Of a stretch of DNA of 64,000 nt, positions 23,219-36,928 are shown piece after piece. Under the pieces are notes generated by a model that had not been told where the DNA came from, searched no databases, and saw only the letters and a program-made list of their open reading frames with translations. Positions within the stretch are counted from its first letter, which is position 1, and the number at the start of each line of letters is the position of its first letter. Location: NCBI RefSeq assembly GCF_963921235.1, contig NC_086108.1, positions 97,156,001 to 97,220,000 of the forward strand, written 5' to 3'. The position numbers were made by a program, and so were the translations under genes. The stretch is from Mobula hypostoma (taxonomy: Eukaryota).

Positions 23219-23513
23219 CCCCACCACGTACCTGTCCAAGTGCTTCTTAAACAGTACTATTGTACCTGCCTCAACCACTTCTGGCAGCTTGTTTCATCTG
23301 TTCACCTCTCTCTGCTCCCCCAGGTCCCCTTAAAATATTTCCCCTCCCATCATAGATTTATGCCCTCTCAATTTGGACTCTCCTACCATGGAAAAAAGAA
23401 AGCTATCATTCACCTTACCTGTGCCCCACATGATTTTACAAACTTTCACAAGGTCAGTCCCCATTCTAAGATGCTCCAAGGAATAAAAGCCTATCCACAC
23501 CAACTTCTCCCTA

Positions 23514-24003
23514 AATGAAGCAAAAACAACAAGCATTGAAGCCTATGTCATCAAGAACCAACTAAGATGGAGCAATCATGTTGTTCAGATGAAAGACAAA
23601 TGTCTGCCAAAACAAATCTTCTACTCCCAGCTTAAAGAAGGCAAACGTAAAAGAGGCGGACAACAGAAGAGATTCAAAGATGTCTTAAAAACCAACATGA
23701 AGAAATGTAACATCGACATCAACAATTGGGAAACCACTGCCAAGGACAGGAAACTCTGGCAAGCCATCATCCGCGAAGGAACAGCAACTCTCGAAGCCAA
23801 CAGATGTGCAGAATTAGAAGAAAAGAGAAGAAAATGGAAAGAGAGGCAGCAATGACCAAAGCCTGATCTGCCATCTGGAACTACCTGTCCTGAATGTGGG
23901 ATAACTTTCAAAGCCAAGATTGGACTCATAAGCCACTTGAGAGCCCTTAAGCAGATCAACAAAACGAAGACTATCATCCTCGACCTCGAAGGATAGTCAT
24001 GAC
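23514..24003 (+). mobile_element. RTE-clade LINE 3' fragment
   Basis: QLRWSNHVVQMKDKCLPKQIFYSQLKEGKRKRGGQQKRFKD...DRKLW followed by zinc-finger-like CPECGITFKAKIGLISHL; TSD ctcccta at 23507-23513 and 24004-24010. Confidence 0.88.
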
Positions 24004-25189
24004 CTCCCTATCACTCAGACTCAAAAACGCCTCATTTCTTGTCATTTACAAACTTACTGATTAAGCTCTGTGAATTTGTTATTTATGTATATGATTTAGA
24101 AGTGAGTAACTAGGGCTCAGCACCAAACCCTGAGGCTATTGACCTCCATCTGAGCAAGAGTCTTCAATCCCTACCCTCTTGTTTCCTATCTTTGAGCCAA
24201 TTTTGAATCCACAAATGGAATTGTGTGAGGTGTTGCATTTTGGGAGGACAAGCCAGAGTAAGACTTAGAACAAAGGGACCTTGGAATACACATTCATTCA
24301 TAATTCCTTGAAAGCGATAGATGGGATGGTAAAGAGAGCTTTTGATGCATTGCCCTTCATAGATCAGGGCACTGAGTACAGGGGTTGGGATGAGTTGGGT
24401 TCAACATGTATAAATTGTTGTTGGAGGCAAATTTAAAATATTGCGTCCATTTCTGATCATCTACCCACAGGACAGTTATCAACATACATAAAAGCGTGCA
24501 GAGAAAATTTACAAGGATGTTGTTGGGTCTTGAGCACCTAAGTTACAGGGAGAGGTTGAAGAGGTTAGGATTTTATTTCCCAGAACACAGGAAAATGAGG
24601 GGAGATCTTACAGAGGTATACAAAATTTGGGGTGTAGGTAGGGTGAATACTTGTGGGCTTTCCCCCCTCAAGTTGCATGAGACAAGAACTAGATTTCACA
24701 GGTTGAGGGGAAAATATGTAAGGAGAATCTTAGGGGGACTTCTCTCAGAGGGTGGCATGAGTGAGGAATATGCTGCCAGCAGAAGTGGTGGATGTAGTAA
24801 CCTTTGATAGATACATGGATGAGAAGGGTTTGAGAGGATATGGTACAGGTGCAGGTAGATGGGACTAGGTGGCTAAGATTCACTCCAAGTCACTTTCTGC
24901 TACTAACATCATTTGCCTATTTAATCTAAAGCATTATAAACATGACTTGCGAGTAGACATGATGATTGTATCTGCTGTTGCGTTGTTGGGTAGTTAGAGT
25001 AGTCCACGAATGCATTATGATGAATTCTGAATTAGAATATAGAACTTAGAACATAGAAATCTACAGTACTTTACAGGCCCTCCAGCCCACAGTGTTGTGC
25101 TGACTTTATAACCTACTCTGAGATCAATCCAACCCTTCCCTCCTACATAGCTCTCCATTTTTCTATCATCCAAATGCCTAAGAGTCTCT

Positions 25190-25646
25190 CGCCTGCAGGA
25201 GTGCGTGCTGAGGGATGCACTCAAGCTTGGTGCGGCCAACGCAAAGGCCCGGTGGGGAAGGACCACAGTTTAAGGTTTACCACCCGTGGGAGTGTGAGGG
25301 GTTGGGTGGGGAGGAGACTAATCCTCATCAGCGGTGTGGACAGATAATCAACATGGAGCCCCAGGAGTGGGTGGAATTGTTAATTTGGGAAATGAATTAG
25401 AGCCAACGCCTGCCTTTATTGTTGATAATTTTATTGTTAATAAGTCACCTCTAGACCAAGGGTTGAGAGTAGATGAACGGTTTATTGTAAACATCTTTCA
25501 TTTGTATATGAACAGAGAGTCAACGCATAATTTTATTGTAAATGACTTTATTGAATAAGGACTCAGAGTCAATGAATGTTTTTTCTTATATGTAAATAAC
25601 TTTATTTTGTAATAATTCTGAATAAAGTATTTTTGGAGAAAAAAAA
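25190..25646 (+). mobile_element. Tx1/L1-clade LINE 3' end with poly(A)
   Basis: RLQECVLRDALKLGAANAKARWGRTTV*, AATAAA at 25621 followed by an A-tail; TSD agtctct at 25183-25189 and 25647-25653 inside a CR1 3'UTR. Confidence 0.7.
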
Positions 25647-26189
25647 AGTCTCTTAAATGCCCCTGTTGTATTTGTGCACTCACCACTCACTGGATCATCT
25701 GTTTGTATATCATATGTTAAATATTCCATGCTAGAAATTGTAAGGTGTACTGTATATGAAAACCCTGTGACTTAAGCACTATTCTGAAAAGTGTATTTCA
25801 TTAAAATACTTCCGCAAAGCTGCAATGCAAACATTAACAAGAACAAACTTAAGTGTCTACAAGCAGTATTAATGATAACAAGTATTAAATGATTATAATT
25901 TTTAGCAAGCAGTTGTACGTAGTGTGCGCTAGCATTATGATTTTGTTACTGGAGTGTTTAACAAAGATATGGAACAATTCTGAAGATATGGACTACTGAT
26001 TTGAGTTCAAATGCCACTATTTAATTGACTTCAATTCAATTAACTTGGAATTAAAAATATAAGGAATGAATATCATCAAACAAACATCCAGGGCATACCA
26101 GCCCGCTTGATTGGTACTTTATCCACTAACCCAAAAATTTCCTCCTTCCTACCCTCAAATGTACCATCAACAAGATGCTGTCCAAGTCT

Positions 26190-28280
26190 TGATGAGGGGG
26201 GATTTCACTGAACACTAACAAATACTGAAGGCCTAGCTAGAGTGGAAGTAGAGAAAATATTACCAATAGTGGGAGGGTCTAGGACCAGAGGGCTCATCCT
26301 CAGAGTAGAAGAACATCCCTTTAGAACAGAAATGTTCTTCAGACAGTGGGAGGTGAATCTGTGGAATTCATTGCTACAGATGCTGTTAAGGCCAAGACGC
26401 TGGATATATTTAAAGTGAGATTGATAGATACTTAATTAATAAGGATATCAAAGGTTATGGAGGAAAGGCAGGAGAATGACGCTGAGAGGGAAAATAAATC
26501 AGCCATGATAGAATGGTGGAGTAGTCTTGATAGAATGAAGGGTCTGATTCTATTCCTTTTCCTTATGGTGTGTTCACAGCACCTCCTAGACATCCATGCT
26601 ACCCAGAAGAACAAAAATTTGAGGGCATGAGAACTTTGCTAGCGGCAAATTTGCCTCCAAATTCCACTGTTACCCAACTTTGAAATACTGTCTACTGGAT
26701 CTTTCTTCATTGCCACTAGGTCAGAATCCTTAAACTCTTACTAACACCACGGAGACAATGGCTCCACCACAAGACTCCACCAGTTCAAGAAGGTAAATCA
26801 CAGGCCACTTCACAGATGCCCACATGTCAACTATGAAGAAATTTCAACGTATTCCTCCTCTTAAGCATAGAGCTGGCAGTGTAAGACCTTTTGGCTTCAC
26901 AGCAGGTGGCTGAGAGAAGGGGCCACACACTTCTTTCTCACTAACTGTGTGGTGGCAATTGTCAGAAGCCACGAAGCTTCCTTCCCTGTATCACAATATA
27001 TCTACTAAAACTTGGAGCCAGACACCTTGGACCTGGAGCATTTTAAAAGTAGCTGACACACTCTGATTTGTTCTCCCAAGGATAAATGTTGTAGCAATGT
27101 AAATTTTATAGAATAATCTATTATTGAAAGAACCAGGAACTGGGCTTGTTAAACCCTGAACTGAAAGAACACCGTTGAAATAGTTTTCCAGTAGAGTTAT
27201 GCAGTTCTCCATTGGTGTGAAGTATTTATATGATACACATTCTTCTTACTCATGTCTTCACAATAGCTATATAGTAAAGCAAGGCATCCATATCTTTTTG
27301 CTTGGTGTTCCTTCATGCAGTTTTAAAATATAAGCTATTATCCAGTTTCCTCCCATATTCCAAAGACGTACAGTTTAGGGTCAGTAAGCTGGTGCAGGAA
27401 GCATGGCGACACTTGTGGGCTGCCCCCCCCAGCACATCCTTGGACTGTGTTGGTTGCTGATGCATTTCAAAGCATTTCACTGTATGTTCTGTTGTTTCAA
27501 TGCACTTGTGACACAAAAAGGTAATCTTAATCTTTATCCAATTACACATTGGCCTGGAATTAAGAACAAATTTTCTGCTCATTTATGGATGTCTAGCACC
27601 TGTTGGGAAACTCACAGCCTCTTGAGTAGAGTTTTCTTTACCCAGCCATTCACTTTCTTGTTTAACACTTCCCCAAATAATTGCACTAGTAGTGAACATG
27701 TAAAATTCCTCTCCAGTAATCTGAAAGACAACAGTTCTATCTTCCACATGGATGCACTTGGTTTTATTAATATCGCTTCTCCTGAAATACAGCTATTTAA
27801 GGAGCTGACGTTCACAGACTATTTTTAACCCTTCATTTGTCTACCATCTCTGAGCCTGTCTAAGAGTTTCTTAAATACCCTTAATGTATCTGCCTTTACC
27901 ATCAGCCTGGATAGAGCATTCCATGCCCCAACCACTCTCTGTGTAAAGAACTTACCTCTGACATCCCTGTCTACTTTTCTACAATCATCTTAAAGTTATG
28001 ACCCCTGGTATTAGCCTTTTCTGCCCTGGGGAAAAGTCTCTGTCTGTCCATTCACTCTATGCTTCCTATTACCTTGTACACCTCTATCAAGTTCACCTCC
28101 CATCCTCCTTCACTCCAAAAAGATAAGCCCTAGCTTGCTCAACCTATCATCATAAGGCATGCTCTCTAATCCAGGCAGATCCTGGAAAATCTCTTCTGTA
28201 GCCTCTCTAAAACTTGCACGTCCTTCCTATAATGAGGTGACCAGAACTGAATACAATATTCGAAGAGTGGTCTAAGTCCC
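26190..28280. mobile_element. Scattered CR1 3' ends (26190-26570 +, 27840-28280 -) and a V-SINE-like 3' half (27340-27535 +)
   Basis: Sequence similarity to other copies in this window. Confidence 0.7.
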
Positions 28281-28514
28281 ATTGATGACTCAGTCTGATC
28301 CTACCAGTGATATTCCCTGGCCATCCACTCGATCTATGCCTGTGTAATGGGATTGAGGTGCTCCTGGAGGTCAGTGTGATGGTCACTCTCAACATTGTTG
28401 TCTTGGGATCATTGCTTCTCATTACCTATCAGCCCTCTCCAAAGATGCCATTGTTCATCAACTGCACTCCCTCACAACTGGAAGAGTAGAAGTATATACC
28501 TTGTTTGGAAGAGG

Positions 28515-28586
28515 AGTACTGTACAAAAGTCTTAAGCACATACTGTATATATAGCTAGGGTGCCGAAGACTTTTGTACACTTCTGT
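28515..28586. mobile_element. Short Tc1-like MITE (related remnant at ~845-903)
   Basis: Imperfect TIRs agtactgtacaaaagtctt / aagacttttgtacacttctg(ta). Confidence 0.5.
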
Positions 28587-28599
28587 ACTTGACAACATG

Positions 28600-29052
28600 T
28601 CAAGTTCCAGACGGGCTTCCAGACCGTTTGGGCTGACCAGAAGTGCACTGAGAGCGGTAAGCGTAAAGGAGTTGGGTGCTTACTGTTCTGGTTAACAACA
28701 GATGGTGCAATCTGGGTCATATTACGATCGAGGAACGTGTTTGTAGACCGGATATTGAACTTTTTACTGTTGGACTTCGGCCATATTCCACCGTGATACA
28801 ACACTGGGTGGCATGGGAGGTCGTTCCTGCCTGTGGCCATCGAACTTGCAGCTTCTCCTGTGGAGGGTCAGACACCCTGAGCCAATAGACTGGTCCTGGA
28901 CTTATTTTCCATCTGGCATAGTTTGCATTTTGTTGTTTGATTGTTTGTGGTTTTTGTATCGCTATATTTATGCTCTATTCTTGTTTGGTGCGGCTGTAAT
29001 GAAAACCAATTTCCCTCAGGATCAGTAAAGTATATCTATCTATCCATCTATC
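28600..29052 (+). mobile_element. Rex1-like LINE: endonuclease fragment joined to a 3' end
   Basis: VLVNNRWCNLGHITIEERVCRPDIELFTVGLRPY (APE-like) followed by the RT terminus/3'UTR and a (CTAT)n tail. Confidence 0.65.
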
Positions 29053-29459
29053 TATGGAGCGGAGAACGAATTTGTAAATCTGGCGGGAGCAAAGGATGTT
29101 GGGAATGGTGAGGGAGGAGTGCTGTGGGAGGGGTATGGGACAGATGGCAGAGAAGGAGTGCCAGGGATAGTGGATTTGGAAAATAGGTGAACAGCATACA
29201 GTTTTCCAGGAATCATCCAAGTGCTTAATTCCAGAGAATATCGGGTTGCCAATTGGAAGCAGAAAGATGTAAGGAATGGTAAACGATTGGGCAATGATGC
29301 TCATTCTGTAATGCCTGGAATTGAGACCATGAGGTACAGGAGCAAACTCGGCCGTTTGGCGCATTGAGTCTGCTCTGCCATTCGATCATGGGGTCAGTAT
29401 TTGTCCCTGTTGATTCACAATAGGCCTAAGGAGAAGATCCACTGTTGGGAAATTCAGTA

Positions 29460-30180
29460 CACTGTTTCTATCCAGGGGTCAGCGTGGCCATGGTGGAGGA
29501 TTACAAATATCTGGGGATATGAATTGACAATAAACTGGACTGGTCAAAGAACACTGAGGCTGTCTACAAGAAGGGTCAGAGCCATCTCTATTTCCTGAGG
29601 AGACTGAGGTCCTTTAACATCTGTCGGACGATGCTGAGGATGTTCTACGAGTCTGTGGTGGCCAGTGCGATCATTTTTGCTGTTGTGTGCTGGGGCAGCA
29701 GGCTGAGGGTAGCAGACACCAACAGAATCAACAAACTCATTCTTAAGGCCAGTGATGTTGTGGGGATGGAACTGGACTCTCTGACGGTGGTGTCTGAAAA
29801 GAGGATGCTGTCTAAGTTGCATGCCATCTTGGACAATGTCTCCCATCCACTACATAATGTACTGGTTGGGCACAGGAGTACATTCAGCCAGAGTCTCATT
29901 CCACCGAGATGCAACACAGAGCGTCATAGGAAGTCATTCCTGCCTGTGGCCATCAAACTTTACAACTCCTCCCTTGGAGGGTCAGACACCCTGAGCCAAT
30001 AGGCTGGTCCTGGACTTATTTCCGGGCATAATTTACATTCTGTATTATTATTATTTAATTATTTATGATTTTATTACTAGTTAATTATTTATTGTGCACC
30101 TGTAGCAAAAACCAATTTCCCCCGGGATCAATAAAGTATGACTATGACCATGACTATGACTACGACTATGACTATGACTA
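29460..30180 (+). mobile_element. Rex1-like LINE 3' fragment
   Basis: ORF 29631-30002; AATAAA followed by (TATGAC)n at 30137-30180. Confidence 0.9.
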
Positions 30181-31595
30181 CAGCACAAGATGTGAAGCAG
30201 ATTAGGCAAGTTTAAGGGATGTTATGGAGCAGGGCATTGTGTTGGGGAGAAGATGGATGGAGGGAGTATCAAGGATCACGCAAGAAGACAGAACCTATTG
30301 TCCGTGGGTTGGGGGGAGCTTGAGTATCAGTAGCGGAGGAGCATAATGGATTGGGGAGGTGGGAGGCTTTGGATATGAATTGGTTTGTCAGTTCAGTGCA
30401 TGGGGCAGAGATTGGGAAGTGCAAATATGTGTGAGGTTGGTAGATTGGGGAGAAGTCTAGTTCAGCAGGTAGGTATTGGATTATGAGCACAAGGTGGGTG
30501 GTTCAGAGGGGTGCAGAAACCAGGCAAGGGCAGCAAGCTTACTGAGGTTGGTAGTCACATACTGAGCATTCGGTGGATGGGGTAAGCAATTGGGTCCAGT
30601 ACCGGACTCCATAGTTCATGAATGATTCTAAACGGAAAGTCCCACAGAGGATTGAGATGTCATTTCGTAAATTTCTGTGTGTCTGTGTGTTTGGGGGGGG
30701 GGGTGTGGTAGGATGTTGATTGGTATAGCTTTGTTCTTAAAATGGCCTAACAAAGCTATGTTCTCAGACTCCGCTTTCTGCTGGCTGCCAGAGACCTTGA
30801 ATGCTTCTGAGTACAAGAAAAAGGCTCACAGAATTCATTAGGACAATGCAAAACTTTTACTACTAAGCATTAAAGGCATTCATATGAAGGTCGGCCAGTG
30901 CAGTCCTCACTAATTTGGTTTGACTCAAACGAAGCATTTCGAAGTTCAAAGTAAATTTATTATCAAACTACCTATATGTCACCATATACACTCTGAGATT
31001 TGTTACCTTGTGGGGATATGCCAAAAAATACTCAATTGGTTGAAATGTCAAGTTAGCTACCACTCTGCCTATTCCCTGGCATTCAGTCCTGTCGACATAC
31101 TCAAAGTTTGTTGTTCTTCCACTGAAGGTCTGTTTAATGGTGAGGACCTCAGCAAATTGTGTTCCACCAGTGAACCCATGTGAAAGTTTGGCTGGGAGAT
31201 GGGAAGCAGAACTCACCTGAAATTTCAAGATGTGCATTTGTCTGAGAGTGCTGAAGTTTCTGAAATTTATGGTGTAGGTACTCATTGTTGGTTGACTTAG
31301 TTAATATTCAAAGGGCTAATATTACTTCCTTTTGGGAAGTCATTGATAGCCATTTTTGTTGGGTTGCTAAGGTGTCAGCTGTAAGATCAGGGTCTAATTT
31401 CCATCACTATCTGTAAGGCGTTTGTATGTTCTCCCCGTGACTGTGTGGCTTTTCTCCGGGTGTTCTGGTTCCTTCTCACATTGCAAAGACTTACAAGTAG
31501 TAAGCTGTGAGTATGCAATGTTGGCACAGGAAGTATGATGGCACTTATAGGCTTTCCAGAGCACATGCAGTCAGAGTCATAGAACACTGTGCTGT

Positions 31596-32380
31596 AGGCA
31601 GAGCTTAGGAGGGTTAATGGCGCCTAACGGCGACTCCTTTGCTTGTATCTTCGGAAACAGCTCTATTTCCATCCTTAATATCTCTATTTTTCCTTTCAGG
31701 GTTCTTTTAAAGACCCTGACCTGGAGTTACACGCTGACTACGGTTCTTTGCGGGAATGGGACCCGCTCTCAGGGTTCCATAACTGGCTGTTGTTCGGCAC
31801 GCCAAAGGCTCGAATTCAGAAGCCTAGGATCTCGGGGCTCTGGAGACGGGCGGATCGAGGGTCGGTGTCATGATGGGAGACCTGTCTGTCGTCGGGGGAG
31901 TTGGGATATCTAATATATACCTAGAGACTCGGGATCTTTGCGATCTTCAGGCATGGAACTCGAACAAAGCGACGTAACAGACTTTTAACATCGTAAGCCA
32001 GCGAGTTGTTTGTTATGTCTCCCCGCACGCTGCGAAAATGGAGACACCTCCTTGTTAGGGAGAGAGAGAACCTGTGGTATGTCGAATACCGGGTGAAAGG
32101 CGAAGTCTCTGGGGTAACTGCAAGTCTGTGTCATTGCTGTTGGTTTGCTCACACTGGAGTGCTCGGTGGAGGTGCTGATGCTTGCTTTTTTTGCCGGTGG
32201 AGTGAGGGGGGATTGTTACTTGCTGCCACTTATGTGTGTAGCGGGGAGCTGGGGGGGGACTTTGGAGTTCTAACTGTCATTCATTCTTTGGGGCACCCCT
32301 CTGTTTTCATGGATGGTTGCAAATTGTATACATTTCTCTGACATTAAATTGTACCTTCAAACCTTTTGAACCTTTGAACT
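31596..32380 (+). mobile_element. Non-coding retroposon with a CpG-rich 5' part and a (CTTTGAA)n tail
   Basis: Starts ...atggcgcctaacggcgac; no recognisable protein; ends attaaa..cttttgaacctttgaac. Confidence 0.55.
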
Positions 32381-35300
32381 CTACAGCACAGAAACTGGCC
32401 ATTCGGCCCATCTAGTCTGTCCAAACCATATATCTGCCTAGACCCGTTGGCCCGCACCTGCTCTATAGCCCTCCATACCCTCCCAACCATGCACCTACCC
32501 AGATTTTTCTAAATGTTGAAATTGACTCTGCATCCAACGTTTGTGCTGGCAGCTCATTCCACACTCTCACCATCCTCTAAGTGAAGAAGTTTCCCCTCAT
32601 GTTTCCCTTAAGCATTTCTCCTTGTACCCTAACCCATGACCACTCACCCAACCTCAGTGTAAAAAGCCTGCTTGCGTTTACCCTACCTATACCCCCTCAA
32701 AATTTTACATACCTCTATCAAATTTCCCTTCAATCTTCAAAGTTCTAGGGAGCAAATTCCTAACCAATTCACCTTTTCCTATAACTCAGGTCCTCAAGTC
32801 CCAGCAACATCTTTGTAATGTTCTTTGCACACTTTCAATCTTATTTACATCTTTCCTGTAGGTAGGTGACCAAAACAGGACACAATACTCCAAATTTGGC
32901 TTCACCAACATCATATACAAATTCAACATAGCATCCCAACTCCTGTACTCAATGCATTGATTTATGAAGGCCAATGTGCCAAAAGCTTTCTTTATGACCC
33001 TGTCTACCTGTGATGTCAATTTCAAAGAATTATGGACCTGTATTCCCAGTTCCCTGTGTTCTACTACACTCCTTAGTGCCTGACCACTCACTGTGCGAGA
33101 CCTACCCCGGTTGGTCTTACCAAAGTGCAATACCTCACACTTATCTACATTAAATTCTACCTGCCATCTTTCAGCCCATTTTTCCAGCTGGTCCAGACCC
33201 TGCTGCAAGCTTTGATAGTCTTCCTTGCTGTCCAGTACACCCTCAGTCATGGTATCATCCACAAATTTGCTGATCTAGTTTATCACGTTATCATCCAGAT
33301 TGTTGATATAGATGACAAACAACAGCACCCAGCCCTGGTCTCTGTGGCACAGCACTGGTCACAGGCCTTCAGTCAAAGGGGCAACCATCTACTACCACTC
33401 TCTGGCTTCTTCCATGAAACCAATGTCTAATCCAATTTACTACCTTATCTTGAATGCCAAGTGACTGAACCTTCTTGACCAATTTCCCATAAGGGACTTG
33501 TCAAAGGCCTTGCTAAAGTCTATATAGACAACATCCACTGCCTTGCCTTCATCAACTTTCCTGGTAACCTACTCAAAAAGATCTGTAAGTTTGGTTAGGC
33601 ATGACATACCAAGAACATGTTGGCTATCTAAATACTTATATATCTGGTCCTTTAGAATACCTTCCAAATACTTTCCCAATACTGATGTCAGCCCCACCGG
33701 CCGATCATTTCCTGGCTTATTCTTAGAACCTTTCTTAAACAATGGAACATGCCAAACTGAGGTGGCGGGGCCCAGGCCCCAGGCCCCAGGCCCCAGAGTG
33801 TATTGAAGCAGCTGAACCCAATGTTTGGATGATGATATAAGCACATGGCCTATTTGGAAAGGTCAGGTACAGGCCAAATTGAGGTGTCGGGGTCTGGGCC
33901 CCAGAGCATATTGACATGACTGAACCCAATGTTTGGATGACCATTTAGGTGCTGAGCCTGATTGAAAAGGTCAGGGTGTCGGGGCCTGAGACAAGGGATG
34001 GGCCAGATTCAGTTTGCTGCTCCGTTCTGTGCTGAACTAAGGGCCTGTGGACAGACTGTCTTTGTGGACTTCATTTTCGAACATTATTTGCCTGTGTTTA
34101 TTCTTTGCATGAATTGTTTTTGTTTTCTCTGCACACTGGGTATTTGACGGTCCTTTTTTTTTAATGGGTTCTTTTGGGTTTCTTGGTTTTGTGGCTATCT
34201 GTTAGGATGTGAATCTCAATGTACATATACATCGATAACAAATGTACTTTGAACTTTGAAATGTCTCTGCTGGGGTCCCTGCAGTTTCTGCACTCGCCTC
34301 CCACAGGGTCTGAGAAAACACATTCTCAGGCCCTGGGGATTTGATCCACCCTAATTTGCCTCAGGACAGAAAACACCTCCTCCTCTGTAATCTGTATAGG
34401 GTCCATGACCTCACTGCTGCTTTGCCTCATTTCTATAGACTCTGTGTCTGTCACCTGAGTAAATACAGATGCAAAAAATCCATTTAAGATCTCCCCCTTC
34501 TCTTTTGGCTCAACATGTAGATTACCACTCTGATCTTCTAGGGGACCAATTTTGTCCTTTGCTATCCTTTTGCTCTTAACATATCTGTAGAAGCCCTTAG
34601 GATCCTCCTTCACCTTGTCTGCTAGAGCAACTTCATTTCTTTTTTTCCCTTCCTGATTTCCTTTGTACTTACTCTCTTGCATTTCCTATACTCCTCAAGT
34701 ACCTCGCCTGTTCCTGTCTGCCTATATCTACTGTGTAATTTCTTCTTTTTCTTAACCAGGACCTCAGTATCTCTCAAAAACCAAGGTCCTCTATACCTGT
34801 TATCCCTGCCTTTTATTCTGACAGCAGCATACCAACTCTGTCCTCTCAAAATTTCACTTTTGAAGGCCTCCCACTTACCAAGTACACCTTTGCCAGAAAG
34901 CAGCCTGTCCCAGTCCAGACTTGCCAGATCCTTTCGGACACCATCAAAAATGGAGTTTTCCCAAATATGAATTTCAACCCGAGGACCAGACCTACCCTTT
35001 CCCATTATTATCTTGAAACTAGTGGTATTATGATCACTTGATGCAAAGTGTTCACCTATCTCATTCCTCGTTTCTACCCATAAAGTCTCACTAGATGAGC
35101 TCTCAAGTCTGTTCTGACTGAACATTACGTGGCATTTTCCCTGACTAGTAATGCCATCCCTCCCCCTTTAATGCCTCCTATCATATCTAAAGCACCGGCA
35201 GCCTGGAATATTGAGCTGCCAGTCCTGCCCCTCCTGCAACCAAGTCTCACTAATAGCTACAATATTATTATTCCATAAGCTGATCCATGCCCCAAGCACA

Positions 35301-36330
35301 TCTGCCTTTCCTACAATACTCCTTGCATTGAAATATATGCAGCTGGAAACATTAGTCCCACCATGTCCTACCTTTTGATTCCCAACTTTGTATGTAGGCT
35401 TACCAAGACCTGCCTCCTCAACTTCTTCACTGTTCTGGTACTCTGGTTCCCATTCCCCTGAAACTCCAGTTTAAACCCCACTGTGCAGCACTAGCAAACC
35501 TTGCTGCTAGATACTTGTCACCCTCCAGTTCAGATGCAAATCATCCTGTCTGTACAGGTCCTACCTTCCCTGGAAGAGGACCCAATGATGAAAAATCTGA
35601 AGCCCTCCCTCCTGCATCAACTCCTTAGCTACGTGTTATGACCTGACCACTTCTAGCCTCAATAGCATTTGGCATGGGTAGCAATCCTGAGATCACATCC
35701 TGGGAGTCTTGCCCTTTAACTTAGCATTTAACTCCCTGAACTCACTTTGCAGGACCTCGTCACTCATCCTACCCATGACATTGGTACTGATGTGGACCAC
35801 GACTTCTGGCTGTTCACCTTCCCACTTAAGAATGCTGTGGACTTGATTGAAAATATCCCTGATCCCAACACCTAGGAGACAACATACCATCTAGGAATCT
35901 CATTCTCTTCTACAGAGCCTCCTTTCTGTTCCCCTAATTAACAAATCCCCTATTACTACAGCTCTCCTCTGAGCCACAGAGGCAGACTCAGTGCCTGAAA
36001 CCCGACCACTGTGGCTTTCCTCTGCTAAGTCATTCCCCCCACACCCCCCCAACAGTATCCATAGTGGTATACCTGGTTGTTGAGGTGAATGGCCGCAAGT
36101 GTACTCTGCACTGGCTGCCTATCTACTTTCCCTTGCTGATGGTCACCTAGTTACCTGTGCCATGCACCTTGGGTGTAACTATCTCCCTCTGTGTCCTGTC
36201 TGTCAACCCACCAGTCTCCCAAATGATCTGGAGTCCATCCAGTTCCAGCTCCAACTGCTTATCATGGATTGTTAGAAACTGCAACTGGATTCATTTCTTG
36301 CAGGTGTAGTCATTGGGGGCATTAGAGGTT
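32380..36330 (-). mobile_element. Long degraded CR1 (ORF1 SGNH-esterase, APE, RT and 3'UTR remnants) interrupted at ~33750-34260 by a (CTTTGAA)-tailed element
   Basis: ORFs 35693-35890 (EQPEVVVHISTN), 34622-35125, 34326-34682, 33569-33844 (PLFKKG..PGNDRPVGLTSV) and 32786-33262. Confidence 0.9.
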
Positions 36331-36826
36331 TCCCTGCCTTCCCACATCCCACAAGAGGAGTATTCTAGTATCACTAAATGTGCACTGAGAAATAAAGAAA
36401 GAAACGTTTTAACGAAAAAAAAATCTACCTACAGTACATCCTTTGCCTCTTCTCTCTTAAGTTTCCATGAGCCAAAGCCTGAACTCACCACTCTAACACT
36501 GGCCCATTCACACAATGGCCACTCCCGCAATGACTTCTCCACTTAATGAACTTCATTTTATTGGTTCTTGCCAAATGCCTAATTATGTGCAATCCAATGT
36601 CTCCTTGGGAATTGTGGCAGATGAAATACGCCGAATGACCCTACTCGCTTCTTTTAAACTTTCTCACCCTTTACGCAATCCGATGTCTCCTCGGAACTAT
36701 GGCGCGTAAAAAAAACACATATCGTGAAGAACAACAGGAATTCTGCAGATGCTGGAAATTCAAGCAACATACATCAAAGTTGCTGGTGAACACAGCAGGC
36801 CAGGCAGCATCTATAGGAAGAGGCGC

Positions 36827-36862
36827 AGTCGACGTTTCAGGCCGAGTCCCTTCGTCAGGACT
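36827..36862 (-). ncRNA. Minimal hammerhead ribozyme (minus-strand arm)
   Basis: AGUC CUGACGA AGG-gacucgg-CCU GAAAC GUC GACU. Confidence 0.85.
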
Positions 36863-36892
36863 AACTGAAGGAAGTTAACTCTTCCTTCAGTT

Positions 36893-36928
36893 AGTCCTGA
36901 TGAAGGGTCTCGGCCTGAAACGTCGACT
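36893..36928 (+). ncRNA. Minimal hammerhead ribozyme (plus-strand arm)
   Basis: AGUC CUGAUGA AGG-gucucgg-CCU GAAAC GUC GACU; predicted cleavage after C36924. Confidence 0.87.

Larger units (their letters stand above)
23060..24880. mobile_element. Degraded CR1 3' fragments (23060-24200 -, 24215-24875 +)
   Basis: ORFs 23330-23536 and 24496-24807 (QRKFTRMLLGLEHLSYRERLKRLG..RGDLTEVYKI). Confidence 0.8.
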
